64,000 nt of DNA from Octopus sinensis (GCF_006345805.1 NC_043007.1:4278001-4342000), one strand, 5' to 3'; counted from the stretch's first letter, positions 37,590-49,724 are shown. Notes: generated by a model from the sequence alone, not told the origin. Numbers and translations: made by a program.

Positions 37590-38370
37590 TATGTGGAGAG
37601 GAATTTACATAAACTATATAAGATACCCCTAAGCATGATCTTTTGCAATTCACTTATTTTGGGGTTGCCAGGGATTTGGTCGGCATATTTGTTTGCCGTT
37701 TTTGAAATCATTCCAAGTGCCCCAATAACAATGATTATTGCTGTTGCTTTAGGATTCTGTATTCTTCTGACTTCTATCTCCATGTCCTTCTATTTACTCA
37801 ATTTCTTAAACATTTTCAAAGACTTGTTTTGAAAGTTATCCACATAGAGAAGATGGTTATGATTTTTTCAATACACCTTCTATCCATAATTTGTTTCATT
37901 CAGGATTTACTTCAGAGAATTGTTCTAAACAGACTAACGAAGCAGATAATAAATCTCTTAGGACAATTCCACAATTAATATTGACTTCTCCAGAATTTGT
38001 AGTTACTGTGTCCATGTTGAAAATTAATACTGTTTTCTTGAGATTCATTAAACACCAGATCTTGAGAGGCTGAAGAGAAACAATAAAAATATATTAAAAA
38101 ATGATTAACTAAGAATAACCCTGCATTTCCAATAAAATCTTTGTGTTTCTTTCTTCGAATTAGTAAAGTTATGATATTGGTTTTATTCTAGTGTGGTCCA
38201 CACAGGAAGAGAACTCCACAGAGCTACTGAGATGAGCCAAAAACTCATACTTCAGCTGACCAACAACAGAATCACATCGTTTGTGCAGACCCATTTGCTC
38301 ATGATAGATTTGACCATATTTACTGAGTTTGTCTAAAGATTTAGGAGGAAGGTAAGATATTTCTAATTTC
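37590..38370 (-). mobile_element. Third, older R4/Dong-like C-terminal fragment
   Basis: IEVRRI..IIVIGALGMISK..ISELQKIMLRG; HKRCDSVV resembles the RHDxV motif. Confidence 0.75.
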
Positions 38371-38869
38371 ACCTGTTACCTTGGCGTGGCAGAAACAAAG
38401 CACTGCACTGATTGCTTTGATTTGGTTTTACTCTCTGTGTTCTGAGAATTAGAATCTTGTTATAACCAACCTTGTTCTTATTCTTCCATTGGCCCTGTAC
38501 TTCAAAAAACCAAATCTTATATGGATGATTTTTGTCATCATACAAAGGATGAGAATCAAAGATAAGGAGTTGGTATTTAGACTAAAAATGTTTATCAGTA
38601 TCAAGGTTCATCTAAGTTTTGGGTTCAAATCCCACTGGGATCAGTTTACTTTTCAACTTTTTGGGGATCACTGAAGGAACATCTGGCAGCGTCAAGTCTG
38701 CTACACAAATTAGCAATCCTGTGTCACTCATAACAGTCATTATGATATCCTTCTAAAATGCATTTTCAGTGTTCGATTCTCCCTGCATTCATCTTGTTCC
38801 TTATGGCAAAAGTAGATAAACGAGAGCTTCTTAATATGGTTTTGTGGAATAAAACCAATATATATATAA

Positions 38870-39179
38870 AGGCACAGGAGTGGCTGTGCAGTGAGTAAGG
38901 AGTGGGTGTGTGTGGTAAAGTAGCTTGCTTCCTAACACATGGTTCCAGGTTCAGTCCCACTGCATGGCACCTTGGGCAAGTGTCTTCTAGTTTAGTCTCA
39001 GGCTGACCAAAGCCTTGTGAGTGGATTTGGTAGACAGAAACTGAAAGATGTCTGTCATATATATATATATATATATATGTATAAAAGCAAAAATCATCAA
39101 CCTATTCAGAAATGAGAGCTTAGCTCTCATCTCTGAATAGGTTGATGCTCACTGCATCCTTAAAGCTTCGTGCTAAGTA

Positions 39180-39240
<61 letters not shown>

Positions 39241-39470
39241 GTAAGTATGTATGTATATATATATGTATATGTTTGTGTGTCTATGTTTGTCCCCCCCCCC
39301 ACATTGCTTGACAACCGATGTTGGAGTGTTTACATCCCCGTAACTTAGCAGTTTGGCAAAAGAGACTGATAGAATAAGTACTAGGCTTACAAAGAATAGT
39401 TGATTTGTTTGTCTAGAGGTGGTGCTCCAGGATGGCTGCAGTCAAATGACTGAAACAAATAAAAGAATAT
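38870..39470 (+). mobile_element. SINE family A, full length, with a hairpin inserted in its central microsatellite
   Basis: Head 38870-39055, insert 39080-39178, (TATG)n, 3' half 39275-39470. Confidence 0.88.
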
Positions 39471-39769
39471 ATACTTAAATGAAGACTCATGGCCATCTGG
39501 TTAGCTTGCTGTACTCGTGATGGCTCAATCATAGTTTCAAATCTCAGACTGGGCAGCGCATTGTGTTCTTGAGCAAAACACTTCCTGTTGCTCCAGACTT
39601 CCTTTCTTATCAAATGAAATATTGATCTGCTCACCTGGCCAGCGAGGTGGCATTATTCACAGGCGAAAACAATTCAAAGTGCTTTGTGACTAATGATGTG
39701 TAACAACATCTGATAGTCTGGTTAGTCACATGATCACATGATATACATAAGCTAATATATATATGACAG

Positions 39770-40240
39770 ATTCCGCCTGACTGGCTCCTGTGGCGGATGG
39801 CACGTAAAAAGCACCAACCGATCGTGACCAATGCCAGTACCCCCTGACTGGCTCCTGTGTTGGTGGCGCTTAAAAAGCACCATCCAAATGTGTTCGTTGC
39901 CAGGCCTGCCTTACTGGCTCTGGTGCCAGTGGCATGTAAAAAGCACCAACCGATCGTGACTAGCACCAGCACCCCCTTATTGGTTCCTGTGCCAGTAGCA
40001 CTTAAAAAGCACCATCCGAACGTGATCATTGCCAGGCCCACCTCAGTGGCTCCTATGCCGATGGCACATAAAAAGCACCCACAACACTCTCGGAGTGGTT
40101 GGTGTTAGGAAGGGCATCCAGCTGTATAAACTCTGCCAGATCAGATTGGAGCCTGGTCCAGCCACAAGCTCTCCAGACTTCAGTCAAACCGTCCAACCCA
40201 TGCCAGCATAGAAAACAGACGTTAATTGATAATGATGATC
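39770..40240 (+). mobile_element. Family C (RTE tail) with 4-5 tandem ~65-bp units
   Basis: Five taaaaagcacc anchors followed by the standard tail ending ...gacgttaattgataatgatg. Confidence 0.85.
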
Positions 40241-40829
40241 CTTTCTATATTTTTGAAGAGTAAGTGTTCCAGTTCTTACTCAATGACGCTACATGCTCAT
40301 TGAATTATAATATAAGTGGCTAGGTATTTCTCAGACACTTGTTCCTAATCCTTAGGCAGAATCATTTTGTCAACTCAACAATGTGTATGACAAGGGTGGA
40401 ACCTTGAATCAAAGGTACCTTAAATCCTAGAATCTTTAGCACAATTTCTTATGAGTCGCTTATATTCACAAAGTATGGGATCGATCCAAAGCTATGGTCA
40501 AAGGCACTTAGGCAAAGTAGTGTAAAGTGGAAACAAACCCAAACTCCATAACAACATGGCTTCACAATGCACACACATACACACACACGCAAACCCATAC
40601 ACATGCATGCATGCATGCACACGCATGCATACATGCACACACATATGCACAGACATGCTTTTCATCCACTAATCTTCGATTCAGTCCCACTGTTGGAAAT
40701 CTAGGGCTCTGCAGTAACATAACATGAAGCTAGTAACCTAACAGTGGGAATTCTATGGCATTGGGCTGTCACTCTTGTGATTGGATCTCATAAATGGAGA
40801 CTGAAAGAAGTTCTACCATAAATGTATAT

Positions 40830-41027
40830 TCTTTTATTTTTGTTTCAGTCATTTGACTGTGGCCATGCTGGAGCACCACCTTTAGTCAAACAATTTGACC
40901 CTAGAACTTATTCTTTGTAAATGTAGTACTTATTGTATCAGTCTCTTTTGCTAAATTGCTATGTTATGGGGATGTAAACACACCAACATCAATTGTCAAG
41001 TGATGGCGGGGACAAACAGACACATAA

Positions 41028-41069
<42 letters not shown>

Positions 41070-41205
41070 CAGACTTCTTTCGGTTTCCGTCTCTCAAATC
41101 CATTCACAAGGCTTTGGTTGGCCCGAGGCTATAGTAGAAGATATTTGCCCAAGGTGCCATGCAGTGGGACTGAACCTGGAACAATGTAGTTGGTAAGCAA
41201 GCTAC
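40830..41205 (-). mobile_element. SINE family A
   Basis: gtttcagtcatttgactgtggccatgctggagcacc ... gtgggactgaacctggaac. Confidence 0.88.
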
Positions 41206-42158
41206 TAATATGTCACATGTTTTATAAATCATGTATTAATACTTGTGTCCACTCTAGTGGAGTCTTCAGATTGAATTTTTTCAGGAGATTTGTCTCTTTT
41301 TATAGTATACTATAAAAAGTTTTTATATTTGTATGTTGTTAGATGAATACTGGCATGCAGAAGCAGTCAGAGCATTTGTTGTGTCCCTTCCTGCTGGTCA
41401 AGGCTTTGTAGTCTCAGTTGCTGCTGTCCATGTCATGCCTTACAACGTTTACAGTGTCCACAGAACATTGAGGAGCAGCAGTCATGATGTTGGCTTTTTG
41501 GTACCTGGTGTGAATCATTATGATACAGACAACTCTTTTTCAATATTCAGATGGCTCCCAGTCCTCTGTGCCACCTAACTTTTTTGTCATCTACAACCTT
41601 AATCTTTATGCTTTCTAACGCTGTTGGCTGTTCACCAGTACATCAGGTTCTTCCTGAAGAAAGGAAACATAAAAATATCTTTAAATGTAGCCTGAATGCC
41701 ATGGCACATACATACACACACACACACACACACACCTCAACATTACAAAACCTCAGTGGTTTAGATGACAATGTAGGCACATTATTTCTATGATATTCAA
41801 ATGTGGAAAAGAGAGAAAGAGAGTCTCTTGATGGACTGTTTCACAGTTCGTTAACTGTTCCTCAGAGAATACATATTTGGCTTCCTTTCACAATCAATGA
41901 TGAAAGGTCAACTGCTACACACAGGATTCATAAAATAGGCCAGCACTATCATGAATAGCCTTATATGCACCTCTGTGCTTTTGACAGTTTGTTATTAATT
42001 AAACAATATCTATTTTATGCACAACACAGTGTAAATCAGAAGACCTGAAATAAATTTAAAGATTTGAAAGACTCAGTGTAAAACCCATCATAGTGCTAGC
42101 CTGATTCAAAACTGCTTTACCCAGCAACTGACCTATTCGTTGGGAAAGCTGGATACTT

Positions 42159-42204
42159 CTTCCCTGATGAGAGGTCAACAAATGATGAAATGGTTTGTCA
42201 GAAG
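42159..42204 (+). ncRNA. Decayed type I hammerhead motif
   Basis: cttcc-CTGATGA-gag-gtca[acaaa]tgat-GAAA-tggttt-GTC-agaag; core and GUC present, stems II and III imperfect. Confidence 0.45.
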
Positions 42205-43206
42205 ACTCTCTCCCTCCTTTTTCTACACATCAATTGCAAAGAAAAGACATGTTCACATTCTTACCAAACCCACAATAAAGCTTTCTGTGGTTTAAATTTA
42301 TTTAAGTTCTTCCGATTTATGCAGTGTTGGGCATAAAACACACACACACACTGTGTCAAATCTTTTATATCTTTCCCTTTTATCCTTGTGTGCGCATACA
42401 CACACACATATACATATTTGTATACATCATGTCTAAGCATATGAATAACTTCTGTGTAATGATTGCTTTTTGACAAGTTAGCAGATAGCTAGACAGGTTG
42501 ATTAAGTGACCCCTTTTCCTGTTCCTTCTTAGTCCTTGCTTTGTTAACCTGTCTATTGTTTGTCCTCTTTTTCAACATTTTGTGTGTGCATTTGTCCCCC
42601 ATTTTTTGCTATCGCTCTCTCCTTCTCTCTCTCTTCTCTCTTTATGCTCCTGTTTGTTTCTTCTCTCTGTGCACATTACTCATACAATTCTCTATGTGAT
42701 CGTTTGACCTGCTAAACATAGCTGCTGAGTTACCTCATATCACACAATACCATCTTAGAAAAAGATGGACGCTTTAAATAATGTAGTTCTGGATCATTAT
42801 TTCCAAATCCATCAAGGAAGATGATGTACTCTTGTTTAAGTAAATATCAATTAACACAAATATATTTTCTTGAAGTGAAATTTCATGCAACCATTAAATA
42901 AACCCTATTCAGATCTGCATGTGACAATAAATATACCTGGTCAAGACAGGTAATCAACATTTTAATCTGTAAATGTGAAGAATGTGCAATAAAAGATTGT
43001 GATTCCATCCACTTTTGCAACGGGCTTGTAGAAAAAGCAGCATCCTAGATAACTAGGATGGGATGGTTATGGTTAGAGTGTCTTTAATCATATTCCTGCT
43101 TGCTCAGAGTTGATTTGGGACCAAACAACACACTACTCACACGATTTCGGTCTTAATTATCCACCCTATCCTTATCTTTTATTTCTCTTTCCTTGCCTCT
43201 CGGAAG

Positions 43207-43316
43207 TGTCCTACCAGAAGATTCCTGATTCTTATTTCTCTATCTTACCGTTCTCACCTGTCTCTCTGCTGGATCAAATTCTTTCTCTTTTCTGTCTTCT
43301 TTCTCATCTCTTGTAG
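43207..43316 (+). CDS. Weak candidate terminal exon (phase 1): (V)SYQKIPDSYFSILPFSPVSLLDQILSLFCLLSHLL*
   Basis: Acceptor ttctctttccttgcctctcggaag|; hydrophobic C-terminus, but pyrimidine-rich DNA yields L/S/F by chance. Confidence 0.25.
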
Positions 43317-44267
43317 GTATTTTTGTATTGTTTTCTTTTTATATTCACATTTTGTTGTTGAGTTTTGTTTTGATGTCAGTTGTTATTGATGTTGTTGTTT
43401 CTTAGTCCCAGGTCCACGGGCTCGTGGTTAAAAACATTTTAGACACAACCATCCTGCTTTTCCAAATATGGTTTGTAACAGCCTACATCATACTCTATAT
43501 ATATCCTTCCATATATTTTTTTAAAGATATAATAAATAATTAGCTGCTATTTTTAGCACGTTGAGCGTCTGTGTATGTATACTCCCTCATTAGCCTCTAC
43601 ACTATTGTAACATTGTGAGGTGTTATTCCTCAAAGTTGCCATAAGTAATTCCTCTTAGTTGTGTGGTCTGTTATTCTAATGCTTATTGATATTGCTGCTG
43701 CTGCTGCTGCTGCTGTTGTTGTTGTTGTTGTTGTTGTTGTTACTATAACAGGTTATTGTTGTACGTTTTGCTCCAGCTGTTGCTGTTGCTATGGGTGATG
43801 ATAATCTAGGTGCTACTTCAGCTGTTGCCTTTATGGAGGTTGCTGTTTTTCGATTAAGTGCTCTCACACCACTGCCACCACCACCACCACCACCACCACC
43901 ACCACCACCACCACCACCACCGCCATCAGCGCATCACCTTCTCCTCCATTAACGCTGTTATTGCCAATCACCATCAGAATTTTTATCACCATTTTATCAT
44001 CAATACCACCATTATCACCATCAATATTTTCATCACCAGCAACTTCGGGGGTTCCTCTACATGGTCACTCGACCTGCTAGAAATAGCGGCAAAATACCCT
44101 TCAAATGACACCATACTGTCTTTAAAAAAATGGATTCTTTGGATAATGTGGTCTTGTTTTTTCCAGCATTTAAGAAAAAGAAGGGATGGCCATAAGTGGA
44201 ATGCTTTTGATGATAAGGTCTGCTCAATCAGAATTGACATGGAGCTAATAACAACAAGGCTACTGCC

Positions 44268-44880
44268 ATGACCACCACCACCACCACCACTACTACCACC
44301 ACTACTACCACCACCACCACCACTACTACCACCACCACCACCACCACCACCACCACCACCACCACCATCACCACCACCACTACTACCACCACCACCACCA
44401 CTACTACCACCACCACTACCACCACTAGCACTTCCACCACCACCACCACCACCACCACCACCACCACCACCACCACCACCACCACTACTACCACCACACC
44501 ACCACCACTACTACCACCACCACTACCACCACTAGCACTTCCACCACCACCACCACTTCCACCACCACCACCGCCACTACCACTTCCACCACCACTACCA
44601 CCACCACTTCCACCACTACCACCACCACCACCACTTCCACCACCACCACCACCACCACTACCACCACCACCACCACTACCGCCACCGCCACCCCCACCAC
44701 TTCTGTCCCTATCAACTGAGGTACCACCATTGTTGTTACCGCTGCAGCCTCTGTTTCTGCCGGTGCTGTTGTTACTGCCATAACTATTACTACTACCACC
44801 ACTGCTGCTGTTGCTACTACTATTACTACTACCACCACTACCACCACTACTACCACTACCACTACCACTACTACTAGCAT
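44268..44880. repeat. Long compound (ACC)/(ACT) microsatellite; degenerate continuation to ~46320
   Basis: Direct trinucleotide runs; source of poly-T/P/G/V ORFs. Confidence 0.95.
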
Positions 44881-46867
44881 TACAGCCATTTATTACCTGC
44901 AGCTTGAAGGAACAAGGGTGCATCTGAAAGTCCAGAAATAGCACATTTAAAAGTGCAACGTTATCGTCTTCTCTTCCGTCTGCAGTCTACTTTCATCTCT
45001 CATTCCGTTCCATTTTTCTCTCTGTTGACTTTCGTTTCATTTCGTTACACTCCATTCCCTTCAGCTCTCACTTCCTTTTCTCTCCCCCTCTCTCCTTCTC
45101 TCCTTCTTTCTTTCTCTCTCTCTCTCCCCCTCCCTCTCTTTTGTTCTCCCTCGGCCCATAACCATTCTTGCCCCGTCCAGGATATCCTAGCTAGATACCT
45201 TCGGCCACCTCTCTCTCTCACACTATTCCTCCGTCCACTCTCTTACCTACCTCCATTAATATCCCTCCCTACCACCCTCTCTCTCACTCCCACCACCACA
45301 TACTGCCATTTATTCTCTACAGCTATTGATACTGCTGCTGTGACCACCACCCTCACCACCACCTTAACATCATCATCATTACCACATTACTTATACAGGC
45401 ATACCACCACCACCACCACCATTATCCTCATCACCATCATCATCACAGCTACCTGCAACCACTGAAATCTCCACTATCACAATAACCACTACCACTAACG
45501 CCACCTCCACCAGCATAATTGCCTCCACATCCTCATCGTTAACCTGGCCATCGTTTGTAAGATATTCACCTGTTATCATCATTATTAGCAACACTGCCAC
45601 TACATACATGCATCATCATCATCATCACCACTACCACTCCTGACAGCAACATCTCAGCAATACTTTAACCATCTTCTACCATTGCTATCAACATCACCAT
45701 GACGACACTCGCCTCACCACCACTGCCATGGCATCAATCTTATACCACCATTTCTACCACTGTCACTATCACTAATACTACATCACCATCACAACCATCA
45801 TCACTACTACCATTATCATCATCTCTACCACTAAAAGCCATTACCGTCGTCTAATCACTACCACCAGAACCACTCGGTACCACTGCAGCTACCACCTAAA
45901 CATTATCACTATTATAACAACAACAACCACCATCACTGCCACAGTGACCGCAATTGTGACCCCGTCACTATCACCAACAGCTAGGATCTCTCCCTCTCAC
46001 ACACACACACCACTAATACCACCACCACCACTTATACCACCACAATGACCACAACCACTACTACCACCACTGCCTCAATGACCACAATCATCATCTTATC
46101 ACTATCACCAACACTGCTAAGACCACCACCACCACCACCATTTCCATCACATTGACCACAAGCATCATCTCATCAGTAACACCACAACCACCACCAACAC
46201 CTCATCACCATCACTGATGCTACTAAATCCCACCCCACCCTCAGAATGACCACACCCACCACCATCACTATCACCATCACAGCAAACACTACTATAACCA
46301 CCACTAGCATCTCCATACCATTTCTGCACTGGATAAAAGTATAACCTTATTCAGGATACTTTAAATGGAATGATATACTGAAGAGAATGGGGTACCAGAA
46401 CTTCGGTTGTGAGATGGGAGCATTTAGAATACAATGGCGATGATGATGATGATGATGATGATACTGGTGGCAGTGTTGTTGATGTTGTTGTTGTTGTTGT
46501 TGTTAGTGGTGGTGGTGGTGGAAAGCAAAACTAAAAGAAAATTTGATTTTAAAACATCAAGAAATAGAAGAGAGGAAAAAATTGCTGAAGGAAAATGGAA
46601 AGAGGAAAATTAGGGAGGGGTGGGCATAAGAGTGAAAGAAAGAAAGAAAGAATGAGAAAGAGGGGGAAAGGGAAGAGTGAGAAAGAGAGTTGGATAAAGA
46701 AATCAGAATGCTTAGAAAAAAGCAAGAGATGGTTGAGAGTGGGAGGAAAGAGGGTTGGGTGGAGGATAAAATGATGAGAGAAAGGAAAGAAGAGGAGATG
46801 GAAGAAGAAAAGGAAAGACAGAGAGAAAGAGAAAGAAGGAATTGAAAGAAGTTAAAAGGACAAAGTT

Positions 46868-46900
<33 letters not shown>

Positions 46901-47235
46901 TGAGACATACAGACAGACAGAGATGAATAGATTGTGGTGGGGGTGGCACAAAGAGAAGAAAGAGAAAATAAAAGAAAAGATTTAATTAATTTAATTGATT
47001 AATTGGATATTTTGAAACAAGCAAAAAAAGAAGACACAAAAGTGAATGAAAGCAACATAAAAAAAAAAGTTCCAATACATTTAAAGAACAGCAGCACTAA
47101 CAAGAAGAATAAGTAGCAAACTACCACAGAGTACAATACAAAATAATGATTTTTTGAGGGGCTTGGCACTAGGCCATCTTTTGTAAGGGAGGTTGTAGAG
47201 TCAATTAAATTAATCACAATACATTACTGGTACCA

Positions 47236-47450
47236 AGGCAGCGAGCTGGCAGAAACGTTAGCATGCCAGGTGAAATGCTTAGCAGTATGTCATCTGTCTT
47301 TACGTTCTGAGTTCAAATTCCGCCGAGGTTGACTTTGTCTTTCATTTTTTCGGAGTTGATAAATTAAGTACCAGTTGTGTACTGGGGTCGATCTAATCAA
47401 CTGGCCTCCTCACCAAAAATTCTGGACCTTGTACCTAGAGTAGAAAAAAA
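47236..47450 (+). mobile_element. CORE-type SINE (family B), full length
   Basis: ggcagcgagctggcagaaacgttagc...gagttcaaattccgccgaggttgactttg.ctttcat...gataaattaagtaccag...ccttgtacctagagtagaaaa. Confidence 0.9.
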
Positions 47451-47599
47451 TATATTACTGGTGCTTATTTTATTGACCCTGTAGGAAATGAGTAAATATG
47501 CCCCTGTAGTATTGGAACTCTGATTGATGGAATATTTCTTTTAGCTTAGACAATAAGGAAGTCAATAAGGAAGATATAGCTGCAAAATCTTCCTCAGAT

Positions 47600-47995
47600 A
47601 AGCATAGGCATGGCTGTGTGGTAAGAAGTTTGCTTCATAACCATTTGATTCCAGGTTCAGTCCCACTGTGTGGCACCTTGAGCAAGTGTCTTCTACTCTA
47701 GCCTCAGGCCAACCAAAGCCTTGCGAATGGATTTGACAGATGGAAACTGAAAGAAGCCAGTCATGTGTGTGTGTGTGTTTGTGTCTATGTTTGTCCTCCA
47801 CTACCATTTGGCAGCTGGTGTTGGTGTGTTTATGTCCCCTAACCTAGCAGTTCGGCAAAAGAGAATGATAGAATAAGTACCAGGCTAAAAAAAAAAAAAA
47901 CAAGTGCTGAGGTTAATCCATTCAACTAAAAGTTCTTCAAGGTGGTGCCCCAGCATGGCCACAGCCTAATGACTGAAAGAAGGGAAAAATAAAAG
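47600..47995 (+). mobile_element. SINE family A, full length
   Basis: ggcatggctgtgtggtaagaag...ccagcatggccacagcctaatgactgaaa. Confidence 0.88.
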
Positions 47996-48039
47996 ATATA
48001 AAAATGTGAGTGAACTGAACTGAACAACATTGATAGTTT

Positions 48040-48625
48040 CTTGCACATTACAGGAAAGACATTACCCAGGAAGACATGGGACAAAGTGGTGAAGCATGAT
48101 CTTCAGACATTGGGCCTGACGGAGGGAACGACAAATGACCAAGACCTTTGATTATATGCCATGCCTGAGAAGATCCATCAAGCCAAGTGAGATTGTAGTC
48201 TTGGAGTGGTTGGCATTAGGAAGGGCATGCAACTGTAGAAACTGAGCCAAATCAAATTGGAACCTGGTGTAGCTCCCCAGCTTATCAATTTTTGGTCAAA
48301 CTGTCCAACCCATGCCTCAAAGAGGCAAGGACAAGTGACCAAGACCTTTGGTGATATGCTGTGCTTGAGAAGATCTGTCAAGTGAAGTAAAATCATGGCC
48401 TTGGCCCATGCTAGTGTTGCATAACTGGCACCCATGCTGGTGGCATGTAAAAAGCACCCACAGCACTCTTGGAGTGGTTGGCATTAGGAAGGGCATCCAG
48501 CTGTAGAAACCTTGCCAAATCAGACTGGAACCTGGTGCAGCTCTCCAGCTTACCAGTTTTCAGTCAAACCAGCCAACCCATACCAGCAAGGAAAACAGAC
48601 ATTAATTGATGATGATGATGATGAG
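48040..48625 (+). mobile_element. Two head-to-tail RTE 3'-end fragments
   Basis: cccaggaagacatgggacaaagtggtgaagcatgat (PRKTWDKVVKHD) then tail; the gaccaagacctttg...tail block is repeated. Confidence 0.8.
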
Positions 48626-49254
48626 GAGGAGGAGGAAAGCATGCTCAAAACTGTAATGTTTATGCCTTGTTCTATCTCCCTAATTTCCATCTACCCAATT
48701 CCCATTAAACCAGTCTCACCCAGAAAGTTGTCCAAGGTGTGACACAGTGAGATTGAACCCAGAACTGCCAGATTGTGAAACACATTTCTCAACTACATGG
48801 CCTGGATACATCATAACATTCAATTCAATTTGGCTTATTATCAATTTATTTGTAAGATATTCATGCAAATAGAACAATATGCACATTGCAGTACACTTTT
48901 AATATAACAGTAACTATATTTCAAAATGACACTAATAAGAGTAGTAGTAGTAGTGGAGACACTGTAAATAAATTTATTTACCCCAATAGTAATGGAATAC
49001 AACAGTTATAATAAAATGACAAACAAGAGAATATAATTAAGCAGCCCACTGCCCAAAGGATGGAGTGATCTTCTTGGGAATTTCATTATTTATTCTTTGT
49101 TTTGTCTATCTCTAATTCCATTAATCTTAAATGAAACACCTTTTGGTACAGGTGCTGTTGACAAACCATAATCCATCTCCTCAATATTGATGACTTGAAA
49201 ATATTTATAAGTAATAATATTCAACTGGAAAATATTGTAAAAGTTGTTCTTAAT

Positions 49255-49615
49255 TTCAACAGACATAAGGATGAGCGGAATGTACCAGATCGACTCTTCG
49301 AAGAGGCAAGTGACTAAAATTGACCGAGATCTTTGGCGATATGCTGTGCTTGTGTAGACCTGTCAAACCAAGTGAGACCGTAGTCATGACTGATGCCAGT
49401 GTCAGGTCAATGGCACCCATGCTGGTGGCATGTAAAAAACACCCATTAAATGCTCGGAGTGGTTGCCATTAGGGAGGGCATCCAGCCATAGAAACATTGC
49501 CAAATCTGATCGGAACCTGGTGCAGCCCCTTCCCCAGGCCTTACCAGTTTTCAGTCAAACCATCCAACCCATGCCAGCATGGAAAACAGACGTTAAACAA
49601 TGATGATGATGACAT
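49255..49615 (+). mobile_element. RTE 3' end with family C tail
   Basis: gaccgagatctttggcgatatgctgtgcttg ... ccaacccatgccagcatggaaaacagacgttaaac(aat)gatgatg. Confidence 0.8.
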
Positions 49616-49724
49616 TGAAATGTAAAAATTAAACTGGGGCCAAAATTGAAAATACTGGGGAGCAGATGAAACTAGTAAAATGCAACATAGAGAAAGGGAT
49701 AAAATTAGGAAAGAGTATGACAGA

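Noticed and set aside
39770-40080. CRISPR-like regular spacing of taaaaagcacc (also at 22060-22320)
   Set aside because: The intervening sequences are homologous to each other (tandem repeat in an RTE 3' UTR), the context is eukaryotic and there are no cas genes.
36797-44944. Extensin-like poly-Pro (36901..37479, 44268..44783) and Gly-rich (44228..44944) ORFs
   Set aside because: They arise from the 36-bp pyrimidine minisatellite and the (ACC)n tract, are open in several frames and on both strands, and have no supporting gene structure.
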